DNA of 64,000 nucleotides, taken from the NCBI GenBank assembly GCA_947629005.1, contig CANRCD010000007.1, positions 17,661-81,660 on the forward strand. Reading direction: 5' to 3'. Below are positions 49,842-59,407 of this stretch, piece by piece (the first letter of the stretch is position 1; each line of letters opens with the position of its first letter). The stretch comes from an uncultured Clostridia bacterium (lineage in GTDB: Bacteria; Bacillota; Clostridia; UMGS1883). Below the pieces are notes generated by a model. The model ran no database searches, was not told where the DNA came from, and saw only the letters and a program-made list of their open reading frames with translations. Made by a program: the position numbers and the translations under genes.

Positions 49842-50854
49842 AGTATTTTCCTTTCAAAATCCGGCGTGATTTCCATCTCCGCAGCCGCCGCGCTCACGCC
49901 GTTCCCCGACGTTTTGGGCAGCGCTATTTTTCCGCCGCCGAAGGCCGCGCAGCGCTCGCACACGTTGTCCACGCCCACGGTTTTCAGCACAAAGTCCGAA
50001 GAGCTGAACCCGCCCTTTACCCCGCGCAGCTCCTCCGCCGAATAAAGCTTCAGCGGCAGGCCGTATTTTCCGCAAAAATCAAGTATCGCCTTTTCGTCCT
50101 TTTTAATGTCGATAGTCCGAACCTCAGCCAGCCTGTAAAGCGGGATTTTAGCCCTTTCGAGGGCGGCCAGAACAAAATCCTCAAGAGCCGACGGACGGAC
50201 GTTTCTCCGGCAGCCCACGCCCAAGACTATATTTTGGGGTACAAGGTGCAGGGTGGTTTTGAAGGGGCGCTTATCCGCGCAGGCGGACACACAAACCCCG
50301 ATTTCCGCCTTATCCGTCAGTCCGTCGGGCGCGTTTTTGCAGGGATAATCGCTGTAAAAGCCCACTTTTTCGCCGTTTACCACGGCGGCGGCTACGGCCT
50401 TTGCCAGTTCCGGCTCAAGGACGTAAAGGCCGTTGGCCTTGGCAAAGCTGTCGGGCGAAAACCTCCCGCCCACGTCGGTGGCCGTGGTAACGACCGCGGC
50501 CGCGCCGGTGATTTCCGCTATTTTCTCCGTCAGGGCGTTAGCCCCGCCCACGTGGCCGGACAAAAGCGAAACGGCAAATTTCCCGCTTTCATCGATTGCG
50601 ACGACGGCGGGGTCGGCGAGCTTTGAGCGCACGCACGGAGCTATGGCTCTGACCGCGATACCGACGGCGCATATAAAAATAAGCCCCTCGTATTTTCCGA
50701 AAATATCCGCCGTGAGACCGCTCAGAGATGAAAACGGAGTTGTTCCGTCCGCGGCATATTTCTCAAAGGCGTAGCGGTCGCAGTCTATACTGCCGGCGAT
50801 TTTTTCCGCAATTTTGATTCCGTTTTTTGTCAGTATGACAGCGGCCGTTTTCAT
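49838..50854 (-). CDS. cbiG: Cobalt-precorrin-5A hydrolase
   Basis: GIAVRAIAP..DPAVV..LLSGHVGGAN, TTATD, GVGCRR. Confidence 0.93.
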   Translation of the reverse strand: MKTAAVILTKNGIKIAEKIAGSIDCDRYAFEKYAADGTTPFSSLSGLTADIFGKYEGLIFICAVGIAVRAIAPCVRSKLADPAVVAIDESGKFAVSLLSGHVGGANALTEKIAEITGAAAVVTTATDVGGRFSPDSFAKANGLYVLEPELAKAVAAAVVNGEKVGFYSDYPCKNAPDGLTDKAEIGVCVSACADKRPFKTTLHLVPQNIVLGVGCRRNVRPSALEDFVLAALERAKIPLYRLAEVRTIDIKKDEKAILDFCGKYGLPLKLYSAEELRGVKGGFSSSDFVLKTVGVDNVCERCAAFGGGKIALPKTSGNGVSAAAAEMEITPDFERKIL

Positions 50855-51606
50855 ATTTTCGCCTCTCTGAACTCCGTTGAAAATCCGCTGTCGTAGAGCT
50901 TTGAGAGCTCATACCCGCCGCCCAGAAAATTACCCGCGCATATTAGGGCGGTCTTTTTTATGCCCTCCCTTTCCGCCGTTTCCGCCAGCGTACCAACGGT
51001 GCAGCGCAGCGTCCTTTCGTCGGGCCAACTGGCCTTATAGACTATAGCGGCGGGAGTTTCGGGGGAGTATCCGCCCCTTATAAGCTCCGCCGACAGCTCG
51101 TCAAGCATCGACGCGCTCAAAAAAACAGCCATCGTTGCCCCGTGGGCCGCGAGCGAGGCTATGCCCTCCCGCTCAGGCACGGGAGTTTTCCCCGCCATGC
51201 GGGTGATTATGACGCTTTGGCTGACGCCCGGGACGGTGTACTCCGCCTTCAGAGCCGCCGCCGCCCCGCAGAGCGAGCTTACGCCGGGGCAAACCTCGAA
51301 GGGTATATTAAGCTCCCGCAGCCTATCCATCTGTTCCCGTACAGCCCCGTAAATACTGGGGTCTCCGCTGTGAAGGCGAACGGTGCGTTTGCCCTCCCTT
51401 TCGGCGGCCGAGATGATATCAATCACCTCGTCCAGCGTCAAAAGGGCGCTGTTATAAATCCCGCACCCCGACTTGGCGTACTTCAGAAGCTCGGGGTTCA
51501 CCAGCGAGCCGGCGTAGATTATAACGTCCGCCTCGCCGAGCAGCCGCGCGCCGCGAATGGTTATAAGGTCGGCCGCTCCGCAGCCCGCTCCCACAAAATC
51601 AACCAT
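50851..51606 (-). CDS. cbiF: Cobalt-precorrin-4 C11-methyltransferase
   Basis: YAGSLVN, RLHSGDPSIYG, YKASWPDE, SKLYD. Confidence 0.95.
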   Translation of the reverse strand: MVDFVGAGCGAADLITIRGARLLGEADVIIYAGSLVNPELLKYAKSGCGIYNSALLTLDEVIDIISAAEREGKRTVRLHSGDPSIYGAVREQMDRLRELNIPFEVCPGVSSLCGAAAALKAEYTVPGVSQSVIITRMAGKTPVPEREGIASLAAHGATMAVFLSASMLDELSAELIRGGYSPETPAAIVYKASWPDERTLRCTVGTLAETAEREGIKKTALICAGNFLGGGYELSKLYDSGFSTEFREAKI

Positions 51607-52747
51607 TTGCTTCCCTCGCTTCCCTCGCAATTCTTTCCGTCAGTTCTCCCGCTCCGGCCGTCATGCCTATGACGCCGAGCTTATCCGAAAACATCACCGC
51701 GCCTGTTTTTATCGCGCCCTTCACCCTTAAATCAAGGTAATACCCTGCCCGCTCCATCAGCACGGCGGCGGTTTTTTCCCTCGCTCCAGCGGCCTCCAGC
51801 AGGGCGAAGGCCGCGTCCGCCGTGGCGCAGTCGGGTATTTTTCTCAGCACGTCCGGCTCCGCTCCGGCCAAAAGGCCGCAGGTCACCAGCGTCTCCATGC
51901 GCCCGTCGGCTTGGGAGGAGTGGGTGTTCATTATGCCCGCTCCCAGCTTCACCAGCTTGCCTATGTGGCCCACTATCAGGACTCCCGAAAAGCCCAGCTC
52001 AACGGCGGAGTCAAGGGCCTCGCCGATAAAGTTGCCGCATTTGACGCTTTTCTCGAAGGCTAACGGCAGCTCGCGGGCCAAAAAGCTTTTGCCGTAATTA
52101 CCGATGGTGAGCAAAAGCGTTTTTGTCCCTTCGGCCCGACGCATACGCATTTCCGCGCGGGTGGTCTCAATAACGGCGGCAGAGCTCATCGGCTCCACAA
52201 TGCCGGTGGTGCCGATGATGGAGATACCGCCCACGACGCCCATGCGGGGGTTGTAGGTCTTTTTTGCCAGCTCGGCTCCGTCGGGGACGGAAACGGTAAT
52301 TTTTATCCCTCCCCCATAAGCGCAGACCTCGCACGCCTCGGCCACAGCCCCGGCTATCATTTTTCTCGGCACGGAGTTTATAGCCGCCGCGCCCGCCGGC
52401 TGGTCAAGGCCGGGCTTAGTGACGCGGCCCACGCCCTCGCCGCCCTCGATTTCAATGCCCGAGGGTATTTTTTCCGCCTTTGAGCGAACCAAAATCCCGT
52501 CCGTCACGTCCGGATCGTCTCCGGCGTCTTTGCGGACGGAGCAGGCGGCGTAATCCCCGCAAAGCTCCGGCTCCAGAATTTCAAGATTGAGCGTTTCGCC
52601 CGCGGGGACCCGCAGCCGCACGCTTTTAACGATTTTGCCTGTCAGCAGCATTTCCGCCGCCGCCCCTGCCGCCGCCGCGGCGCAGGAGCCCGTGGTATAG
52701 CCGCGGCGCAGGCGCTTGCCGTCCTTAAATACATACTGTTCGCACAT
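51599..52747 (-). CDS. cbiD: Cobalt-precorrin-5B C1-methyltransferase
   Basis: LRRGYTTGSCA, KDAGDDPDVT, GGISIIGTTG. Confidence 0.95.
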   Translation of the reverse strand: MCEQYVFKDGKRLRRGYTTGSCAAAAAGAAAEMLLTGKIVKSVRLRVPAGETLNLEILEPELCGDYAACSVRKDAGDDPDVTDGILVRSKAEKIPSGIEIEGGEGVGRVTKPGLDQPAGAAAINSVPRKMIAGAVAEACEVCAYGGGIKITVSVPDGAELAKKTYNPRMGVVGGISIIGTTGIVEPMSSAAVIETTRAEMRMRRAEGTKTLLLTIGNYGKSFLARELPLAFEKSVKCGNFIGEALDSAVELGFSGVLIVGHIGKLVKLGAGIMNTHSSQADGRMETLVTCGLLAGAEPDVLRKIPDCATADAAFALLEAAGAREKTAAVLMERAGYYLDLRVKGAIKTGAVMFSDKLGVIGMTAGAGELTERIAREAREANG

Positions 52748-52751
52748 AATG

Positions 52752-53396
52752 TCACTTCCTGTCGCACAGCATATACAGCAGCGCGTTGCAGACCGACGCC
52801 GCCACAGCGCTGCCGCCCTTTCGGCCCATCGCGGCGATATACGGAACGCTTAGCTCCGTCAGCCGCTCCTTCGAGCGTTCCACGTTCACAAAGCCCACCG
52901 GCGCGCCGATAATGAGGGCGGGGCGGATTTCGCGGTTCTGCGCAAGCTCACACAGCCGCAGGAGAGCCGTTGGTGCGTTGCCTATCGCAAAAATGATATT
53001 TTTATTTTCATAGAGCTCCGCCGCCATGTCCATTGCGGCAAGGGCGCGGGTGGTTTTGTTTTTTGCCGCCCTTTCGGCAACTCTCGGGTCGGCCATCAGG
53101 CAGACAGCCTCGCAGCCGAGAGCCGACAGCGCGGGCTTGTTTATCCCCGCGAGAGCCATGTTGGTATCGGTGACGACGAGCGCGCCATCCCTCAGGGCCG
53201 CAAGGCCCTTTTCCACGGCGTTTTCGGAAAATTTCAGGCTGCTTCGGTAGTCGAAGTCCGCCGTGGCGTGGATCACACGCTTAAGCGTCGTCCTCTCGGC
53301 GGCGGAAAGCTCCGGCGTCGGGCCGAGCTCGGCCTCGATGATGTCCATGCTCCGCCGCTCTATTTCGGCGGGGCGCATTAGCTCAATGTCCTTCAT
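52752..53396 (-). CDS. cbiC: Cobalt-precorrin-8 methylmutase
   Basis: RVIHATADF, IGNAPTAL, PVGFVNV, GRKGGS. Confidence 0.95.
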   Translation of the reverse strand: MKDIELMRPAEIERRSMDIIEAELGPTPELSAAERTTLKRVIHATADFDYRSSLKFSENAVEKGLAALRDGALVVTDTNMALAGINKPALSALGCEAVCLMADPRVAERAAKNKTTRALAAMDMAAELYENKNIIFAIGNAPTALLRLCELAQNREIRPALIIGAPVGFVNVERSKERLTELSVPYIAAMGRKGGSAVAASVCNALLYMLCDRK

Positions 53397-53937
53397 TTTT
53401 CTTTTTCTTCTTCTTTTCACCGTTCAAAATCAGCGCGATTACGGCGGCGGCCAGAGCCGCGCCAACGACGGCGCCGATCGCCGCGCCGGCCGACGCGCCG
53501 CTTTTTAAGGCGCTCTCCGGCAGAGTATCCGCCTTGAACACAAGGGTGCGGTCATACCACCGCTGCCTCCGTATACTGAAGGCGGCGCAGGGAATATCCG
53601 CGTTCAGCGCGGCAACGGGCGCCGCGTAGGTATATTTGCCATCGGCGTTTTCCTTAAAATATATGAACTCGCTGTCGGGGGCGGAGGAGGCTTCCTCGCC
53701 TGTGCCCATGAACAGCTTTTCGTAGCCGGAGCCGCTCAGCGTCATAAGGGCCGTCATTTCGCCGTCCGCCACAGTCAGCTCACAGTCCACGATACGGAAC
53801 ATGGAGGAGCTCGACTCCACCTCTATTTTATATGTCCCGTCCTTTATGTCCTTGCCGTACACCGCGCCCTCCGCCGAAGCGGCAAGGGCCGCGCCGAGAA
53901 TGAGCATGGCGCAGGCAAGCGCGAACGCTTTTTTCAT
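53383..53937 (-). CDS. Secreted protein with C-terminal membrane anchor (transport accessory?)
   Basis: Signal peptide; DGTYKIEVESSSSMFRIVDCELTV; C-terminal TM plus poly-Lys. Confidence 0.7.
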   Translation of the reverse strand: MKKAFALACAMLILGAALAASAEGAVYGKDIKDGTYKIEVESSSSMFRIVDCELTVADGEMTALMTLSGSGYEKLFMGTGEEASSAPDSEFIYFKENADGKYTYAAPVAALNADIPCAAFSIRRQRWYDRTLVFKADTLPESALKSGASAGAAIGAVVGAALAAAVIALILNGEKKKKKKNEGH

Positions 53938-53940
53938 TTT

Positions 53941-54831
53941 TTACTCCATAGACGCGATTGCGTCTGCAACATGGTCAACATAAATCTGCCGTATGTCGGG
54001 GATTTCGCCCATACCGCGGAGCAGGCACTCCACCTCGAGGCCGGCGTTTTCCATAACGGACTTCCATGAATCCTCTTCGTCGCCGGCCATATCGTTGTTG
54101 GCGTGGTCGCCGGCGACTACCATCAGGGGCTCCAGCGCAACCTTGGGATAATTGCCCAGCATAACGCTAGACAGTACGTCCTCAAGGCTGGGGGTGGCTT
54201 CTACCGTACCTACGAAATAGTTCGCGGCCCCCGCCTCGCTGAAGGTCTCCTGAAGCTTGGTGTAAACCTCGTTCGATTCATGCTCGGTGCCGTGGCCCAT
54301 GAACACTACGGCCGTGTCCTCCGCATTGTACTCCTCGGTGGCCTTTATGAGCGCGGCGGCAACCCTCCCGTAGTCCTCGTCGGAGGTGAGCAAGGGCTCG
54401 CCCATGGCTACCTTGTCAAATTTATCTCTGTATTCGTCCACAGCGGCGGCAAGGTCGTCATACTCAAAGCCGCTCATTACGTGGGTGGGCTGAACGACAA
54501 GCTCCTTCACTCCGTCGGACACAAGGCGGTCGAGAGCCTGCTCAACATTGTCTATCTCAAGACCGTCGCGCTCTCTGAGCTTGTCGATTATTATCTGACT
54601 GGTGAAGGCGCGGCGCACCTCGTAGTCGGGATTGGCCTCGGCGATGGCTGTTTCGATTGCGCCGATAGTCTTATCGCGGCTGTCGTTATAGCTGGTGCCG
54701 AAGCTGACTACAAGCACGACGGGCTTGGCCGCCTCCTTCGGCTCGGGATTTTCGGCGGGACGTGTGGAAACGCAGCCCCCAAGGGCCACCATTGCGGCGA
54801 GGGCCGCGGCTAAAACAGTTCTTTTTTTCAT
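53941..54831 (-). CDS. cbiK: CbiK-family cobaltochelatase with lipoprotein signal
   Basis: LVVSFGTS, FMGHGTEH, VAGDHANNDMAG; lipobox LGGC. Confidence 0.9.
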   Translation of the reverse strand: MKKRTVLAAALAAMVALGGCVSTRPAENPEPKEAAKPVVLVVSFGTSYNDSRDKTIGAIETAIAEANPDYEVRRAFTSQIIIDKLRERDGLEIDNVEQALDRLVSDGVKELVVQPTHVMSGFEYDDLAAAVDEYRDKFDKVAMGEPLLTSDEDYGRVAAALIKATEEYNAEDTAVVFMGHGTEHESNEVYTKLQETFSEAGAANYFVGTVEATPSLEDVLSSVMLGNYPKVALEPLMVVAGDHANNDMAGDEEDSWKSVMENAGLEVECLLRGMGEIPDIRQIYVDHVADAIASME

Positions 54832-55595
54832 AATGATTTTCCTTTCTTGAAATATTTTTTATAAAGCTCCTCCGGTAGGTCAAACAACTCCCGAAGAATC
54901 TTCTCCTTAAAAATTTCTTCCGGCGTTCCCGCGCGGAACACGCGGCCGTCCTTTATGCAGAGCGTTCGGTCGGCGATTTTTTCCGCCAGTTCCAGCTCGT
55001 GCATGGACAAAATAACGGCGACGGCCTTTTCCCTTGCCAGCCTTTGGAGACTGTCGAGAAAAATCAGCTTGTGATGGATGTCGAGATAGGAGGTGGGCTC
55101 GTCCAGTATCATAACCTCCGGCTCCTGACAGACGGCTCGGGCCAGCATTACCCGTTGGCTCTGACCGTCGCTGAGCCGCGAAAAGTCCCGCTCCGCCAGC
55201 CCGCCCACGCCTGCCAGCTCCATCGCCTCGTCCGCGGCTCTTTTGTCGGCCGGGGACAGCAGCCCGAACCGCCCTGTGTAGGGATAGCGGCCGAGCTCCA
55301 CAACCTCGCGGCAGGTCATTTTGTCGGTGCGCGGCCTGTCCGTCAGCAGAACGGACATCCTTTTTGCCCGCTCCCTCGGGGAAAGCCTGTCCGCGTCAAG
55401 CCCGCAGAGCGTCACCGCGCCGCCCAGCTTCTCCGGCCCTCCGGCCAAAGCCCTCAGAAGGGTGGATTTTCCGCCGCCGTTCGGGCCGATAAGGGCAAGT
55501 ATTTCTCCGCCTCTGACGGCAAGATCCACGCCCTCCACCACAGGCGAGCCGTAGCCCGCGGAAAGGTTTTCAGCGGAGATGAGAACGTCTGTCAT
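54828..55595 (-). CDS. Iron-chelate/cobalamin ABC transporter ATPase
   Basis: GPNGGGKST, LSDGQ, ILDEPT. Confidence 0.9.
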   Translation of the reverse strand: MTDVLISAENLSAGYGSPVVEGVDLAVRGGEILALIGPNGGGKSTLLRALAGGPEKLGGAVTLCGLDADRLSPRERAKRMSVLLTDRPRTDKMTCREVVELGRYPYTGRFGLLSPADKRAADEAMELAGVGGLAERDFSRLSDGQSQRVMLARAVCQEPEVMILDEPTSYLDIHHKLIFLDSLQRLAREKAVAVILSMHELELAEKIADRTLCIKDGRVFRAGTPEEIFKEKILRELFDLPEELYKKYFKKGKSL

Positions 55596-56593
55596 ACCGC
55601 CTCGCCCCGCTTTCGCCGCAGCATGACGGCGATGACCACAGGCGCGCCGAAAATCGCCGTGACCGTGCTGATACTGAGTTCTGTGGGCGCAAAGGCCAGC
55701 CTTGCTATCAGGTCGCAGGCCGAACAGAATATCCCTCCGCCGAGGAAGCAGGCGGGTATCAGCGAGGCGGGCTTTGAGCCGCCCAAAAGCAGCCTCACGA
55801 TGTGCGGCGCGGCTATTCCCACAAAGGACACCGGCCCCGCAAAGGCCGTCACACATGCGGCCAGCAGCCCCGACAAGGTCATGAGCGCCGCTCTGAGCAG
55901 CCCGACTCTGACGCCGGAGCTTTTGGCGTAGCCCTCGCCCAAACGGTAGGCTCCTATGGGCTTGGACAGCAGGAACACGCAAATTGACGCCGCCGGTACT
56001 ATGACAGCCATGACCGCCACGCTGTCAATATCTGTGCCGGAAAAGCTGCCCATGGACCAGCTACGAAGATTGACGATGTCCGCGTCGTCGGCGAAGGTCA
56101 CCGCAAAGTCCGTGGCCGCCGAGCAAATATAGCCTATCATCACGCCGCAGACCACCAGCAGGCTCACCCGCCCTACCCTTTGGGAAATGAGCAGGATAAG
56201 TCCCAGCGAAAGCATGGAGCCTGCGAAGGCCGCCCCTACCATGGATACGGAAGTAAGCGTCCTTCCCGCCGCGGCGGCGGTTATCATCAACAGCGCCACC
56301 GCAAGCTTTGCCCCCGAACTGACCCCCAGCACAAAGGGGCCCGCAATGGGATTATGGAAAAAGACTTGGAGCAAATAGCCCGACAGGGCCAGCGCGCCTC
56401 CCAGAAGCAAGGCCGCCATAGCCCTTGGCGCTCTGATTTTCCACATTATCGCGTCCCCCGATAGGAGGCGCGCGGCGGCCTCGCCGAAGGAGAACTTTGC
56501 GCTGCCGATAAAAACATTCAGTCCAAAAAACAGCAGCGCCAAAGCGAAAAGCCCCCCAAGCACGGCGGCGGTCTTGAATCTCGCGTATCTCAA
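55592..56593 (-). CDS. FecCD/BtuC-family ABC permease
   Basis: FFHNPIAGPFVLGVSSGA, GPVSFVGIAAPH. Confidence 0.9.
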   Translation of the reverse strand: MRYARFKTAAVLGGLFALALLFFGLNVFIGSAKFSFGEAAARLLSGDAIMWKIRAPRAMAALLLGGALALSGYLLQVFFHNPIAGPFVLGVSSGAKLAVALLMITAAAAGRTLTSVSMVGAAFAGSMLSLGLILLISQRVGRVSLLVVCGVMIGYICSAATDFAVTFADDADIVNLRSWSMGSFSGTDIDSVAVMAVIVPAASICVFLLSKPIGAYRLGEGYAKSSGVRVGLLRAALMTLSGLLAACVTAFAGPVSFVGIAAPHIVRLLLGGSKPASLIPACFLGGGIFCSACDLIARLAFAPTELSISTVTAIFGAPVVIAVMLRRKRGEAV

Positions 56594-57732
56594 GGAGCGT
56601 CACCGCCCTTTAATTTATACAGGCGGCTCGGCGTATCCGCCCGTCCGGAAAAAATTATATTGAAATCGGATATGGTTTCGCCAATGCTCATCGTGTCCTG
56701 AAAAAAGCTTTTGCCGGTACACCATACGTCGCCGTTTTTTACCGCCTTAAAGTCCGCCAGCAGGGAATTTTTCGCCTTCAGTTCCTCAATGCTGTCAATT
56801 TCTCCGGTAATTGCGCCGTCATAAATAATTACGTCCGCGTCCTTCGCCTTCAGGTAAAACTCCTCCGGCTCCATGGCGACGGTGGAGAGGGCATTGTCCC
56901 CGTTCGGCTCGGAGAGAATATTTTTACCGCCTGCCAGCTCTATCATTTTTGAAACGTAGTCTCCGGACTTTCGCGTCACTATCCGCCCGCCGCCGCTGAT
57001 GTAAAAGCAAACGGCCGTCTTGCCGTCGCCGTCGGGGCTGAGGCCGTCAAGATAGGACTTCTGCTCGTTGAACAGCTTTTCCGCCGACTCGCTTTCACCC
57101 AGCATTTCGCCGTAGAGCTTTATCCACTCACAGCGGCCAAGGGGGTGGCTCTCGTAGCTGGAACGGTCAACAAAAACCGTTATGCCCAGCTCCTCCAGTT
57201 TTTCCCTGACCTCCGGCGCGTGACCTATCATGCTGGACTGAATCGAAAAACCGCAGCCCTCCGACAGCAGCAATTCATAATCCGGCAGGCTGTACTTTCC
57301 GGCGTAGAGCATTTCTCCACGCTCCATGGCCTCTCTCGCTCCGTCTATGTACCAGCCGTCGGCCTTCACCGAGGAAAACCTCACCGCGCCGGTCCCGCCA
57401 AGAGCGTCGAACAGGCCCATCACCGCCGTGGCGGCCATGTAAACGTCACTAAGAGGCCGCCTTATTATTTTGACGTCAGAACCGAGGTCGGCGGGGATTT
57501 TTCCGTCCTCCGGCGTTACAAGATATTTTTCGCCGTCCGCGATATGTATAAGGGAGTAGCCGCCCTCGTATCGGTCGATGACGAATTGGTCGGCGTAACT
57601 GAGCTCTACCCGTTCGGTAAAGGTCAGACCGGAGATTTCCTCCGCGGCGTCGGGCAAAGCCTGAGGCGGCCCGTTTGCGCAGCCCGAGAGAATTATAAGC
57701 AGGGCTAAAATTATAACGAGCTTATTTTTCAT
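56590..57732 (-). CDS. ABC substrate-binding lipoprotein (BtuF/FecB class)
   Basis: Lipobox LSGC; SSYESHPLGRCEWIK; FKAVKNG.VW. Confidence 0.85.
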   Translation of the reverse strand: MKNKLVIILALLIILSGCANGPPQALPDAAEEISGLTFTERVELSYADQFVIDRYEGGYSLIHIADGEKYLVTPEDGKIPADLGSDVKIIRRPLSDVYMAATAVMGLFDALGGTGAVRFSSVKADGWYIDGAREAMERGEMLYAGKYSLPDYELLLSEGCGFSIQSSMIGHAPEVREKLEELGITVFVDRSSYESHPLGRCEWIKLYGEMLGESESAEKLFNEQKSYLDGLSPDGDGKTAVCFYISGGGRIVTRKSGDYVSKMIELAGGKNILSEPNGDNALSTVAMEPEEFYLKAKDADVIIYDGAITGEIDSIEELKAKNSLLADFKAVKNGDVWCTGKSFFQDTMSIGETISDFNIIFSGRADTPSRLYKLKGGDAP

Positions 57733-58150
57733 TTCTCTTCCTCTTTTTTATCAGCTTAACGAGCATAAGAGCGGCCACTGCCGCCGCGATTGCCGCGACG
57801 ATGGCCGCAAAGGGCATAGCGGCGTTCTCTCTGCGCAGCGAGGCGGAATCAAAATACAGGGTGTAATCTATCGTATGCGGTCGGCTCATGGCCACTGTCT
57901 CGGCCTTTGCCGCAAGCTCCCTGTCCAGCCTCGCGTCAATGACAAACACCGAATTTCCTTCCTTATTTACAGGGTAGTACTCCTTACCCTCAACCTCCAT
58001 ATAATCGTAATAAGGGCTGTCCCAGCAAATCTTGGCCTTGAGCTCTCCGTCACCGGCCGTCAGCTCCGCAGGACTTTCGATTTTCGCCCTGCCGCTGCCT
58101 CCGCCAAGACTTACCTCCACGGTATAAACCCCGTTTTTCAACTCTTTCAT
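57722..58150 (-). CDS. C-terminally anchored protein, apparent paralog of 53383-53937
   Basis: GGAGG RBS, ATG 58150; NGVYTVEVSLGGGSGRA..YDYM..TIDYTLYF; C-terminal TM plus basic tail. Confidence 0.7.
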   Translation of the reverse strand: MKELKNGVYTVEVSLGGGSGRAKIESPAELTAGDGELKAKICWDSPYYDYMEVEGKEYYPVNKEGNSVFVIDARLDRELAAKAETVAMSRPHTIDYTLYFDSASLRRENAAMPFAAIVAAIAAAVAALMLVKLIKKRKRNEK

Positions 58151-58166
58151 GCCGTCGCCTCCAAAC

Positions 58167-58200
58167 AAAAAATGCGCCCTTGCCGCAAAGCAAGGCGCAC
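58167..58200 (-). terminator. Attenuator hairpin in the riboswitch expression platform
   Basis: Minus strand GTGCGCCTTGC-TTTGCG-GCAAGGGCGCATTTTTT, just before the RBS. Confidence 0.7.
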
Positions 58201-58279
58201 CAAAAACAGACGTGCACTTATGCACGTTGAGCGTACTGCCAATTACTCGTGGCATTGGAGCCGAAGCTCCCGTACCGGC

Positions 58280-58468
58280 GGCGGGCAGGTCTCCTGGCTC
58301 ATACATCATCGCTCGAAAGGGCCTTCCCAATCCCAAAGGATCAGTGACATATTCCTTCCGGCTCCGTAATCACAGTGACGAGTTCGTACAGGATTTGCAC
58401 CTGTTTCCCTTTTCATCGGGCCCCTTTCGCCTTGGCGAACGCCCGACACCCGCTGCCTATTCAGTTTT
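58280..58468 (-). ncRNA. Cobalamin riboswitch
   Basis: Minus strand AAAAGGGAAACAGGTGCAAATCCTG..CGTCACTGTGA..CACTG..GGGAAGG..AGCCAGGAGACCTGCC; upstream of the cob operon. Confidence 0.95.
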
Positions 58469-58510
58469 CAAATCAATGGGGAATATTGGCTTTATCCCCA
58501 TTACACCGTA

Positions 58511-58539
58511 ATTATAACATAAAATCCGCCCTCTGTCAA
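58511..58539 (-). promoter_or_regulatory. sigma-A promoter of the cob operon
   Basis: TTGACA-17bp-TATAAT with extended TG; -35 lies inside the ATCCGCCCT/AGGGCGGAT inverted repeat. Confidence 0.8.
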
Positions 58540-58588
58540 GGGCGGATAATTTTTATGGGCGCAATTAACGTATACCGAAGGAAAACCC

Positions 58589-58618
58589 GTCAGAGTTATC
58601 CCAAGTCAGAGTTATCCC
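58589..58618. repeat. 14-bp direct repeat x2 (GTCAGAGTTATCCC)
   Basis: Copies at 58589-58602 and 58605-58618. Confidence 0.75.
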
Positions 58619-58631
58619 GCAGGAGCGCGGC

Positions 58632-58817
58632 TTAATTCCGGCTCCTCCAGTAATTGTAGCCGTTAACAGAGCCAAGGTCAATATCTATAACGCGGGCCGC
58701 GCCGGGTTCAAAGCTGTCGGAAAGCGCCGCCATCACTTTCTCAGGGTGAAGGGCAAGGGCCCCGATTTCCGGACGCTCAAACTTTTTTCTCTCTACCTTT
58801 TTCTCCATTTTCCTCAT
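58632..58817 (-). CDS. Small peptide A, RiPP-precursor-like (start 58817 or 58808)
   Basis: AAGGAGG RBS; KFERPEIGALALHPEKVMA..GYNYWR. Confidence 0.65.
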   Translation of the reverse strand: MRKMEKKVERKKFERPEIGALALHPEKVMAALSDSFEPGAARVIDIDLGSVNGYNYWRSRN

Positions 58818-59220
58818 TTCCTCCTTAAATCAAACCTCTTATATGAAGTCAGACCCAACGCCGGACGCGGCTGACCCGATAATCTGCTCCCCATCGCTGC
58901 CGCAACGAACTTTATCCACTCCGACATCATCTTTTAATACAATAAAGATAGCACAATACGGGCCCAAAGGCCAGTAAATTTTTGTAAAAATATAGACAAA
59001 TATTGCGCAAATAATCAAGCTCGTCCTTAAAAATATTAATAATCCGTATATAAGCTTTAAAAATTGAGGTGTTTATGCGTATGTTGGTATAATGCGGAAT
59101 TAAGCGTCTGAAAATATCCATTTTGTAATCAAAAATTATAAATTTGTACTTTCCGCTTTTGGACAAAATTTATAGTATACATTTCATCAAAATCTGTTTA
59201 CATTCAGTCATGTTTTTGAT

Positions 59221-59249
59221 TTGATTGCGGACAAATTTTGTGATATAAT
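59221..59249 (+). promoter_or_regulatory. sigma-A promoter for the nucleotidyltransferase
   Basis: TTGATT-17bp-TATAAT with TG, in an AT-rich region. Confidence 0.55.
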
Positions 59250-59407
59250 TATATTTGTAGAAGTATTTTCGGCCTGTTTTGGCGCGTTCAACCGCATTTA
59301 TTACAGTTATAAGCGTTTTCCTTTCGGGCATAACAACCGCGGAGATAAATTTCTCGGCCTCGCCGTTAAGGCCGAAGCCGTATGAAAGGCAATGGAGGAG
59401 CGTATAA

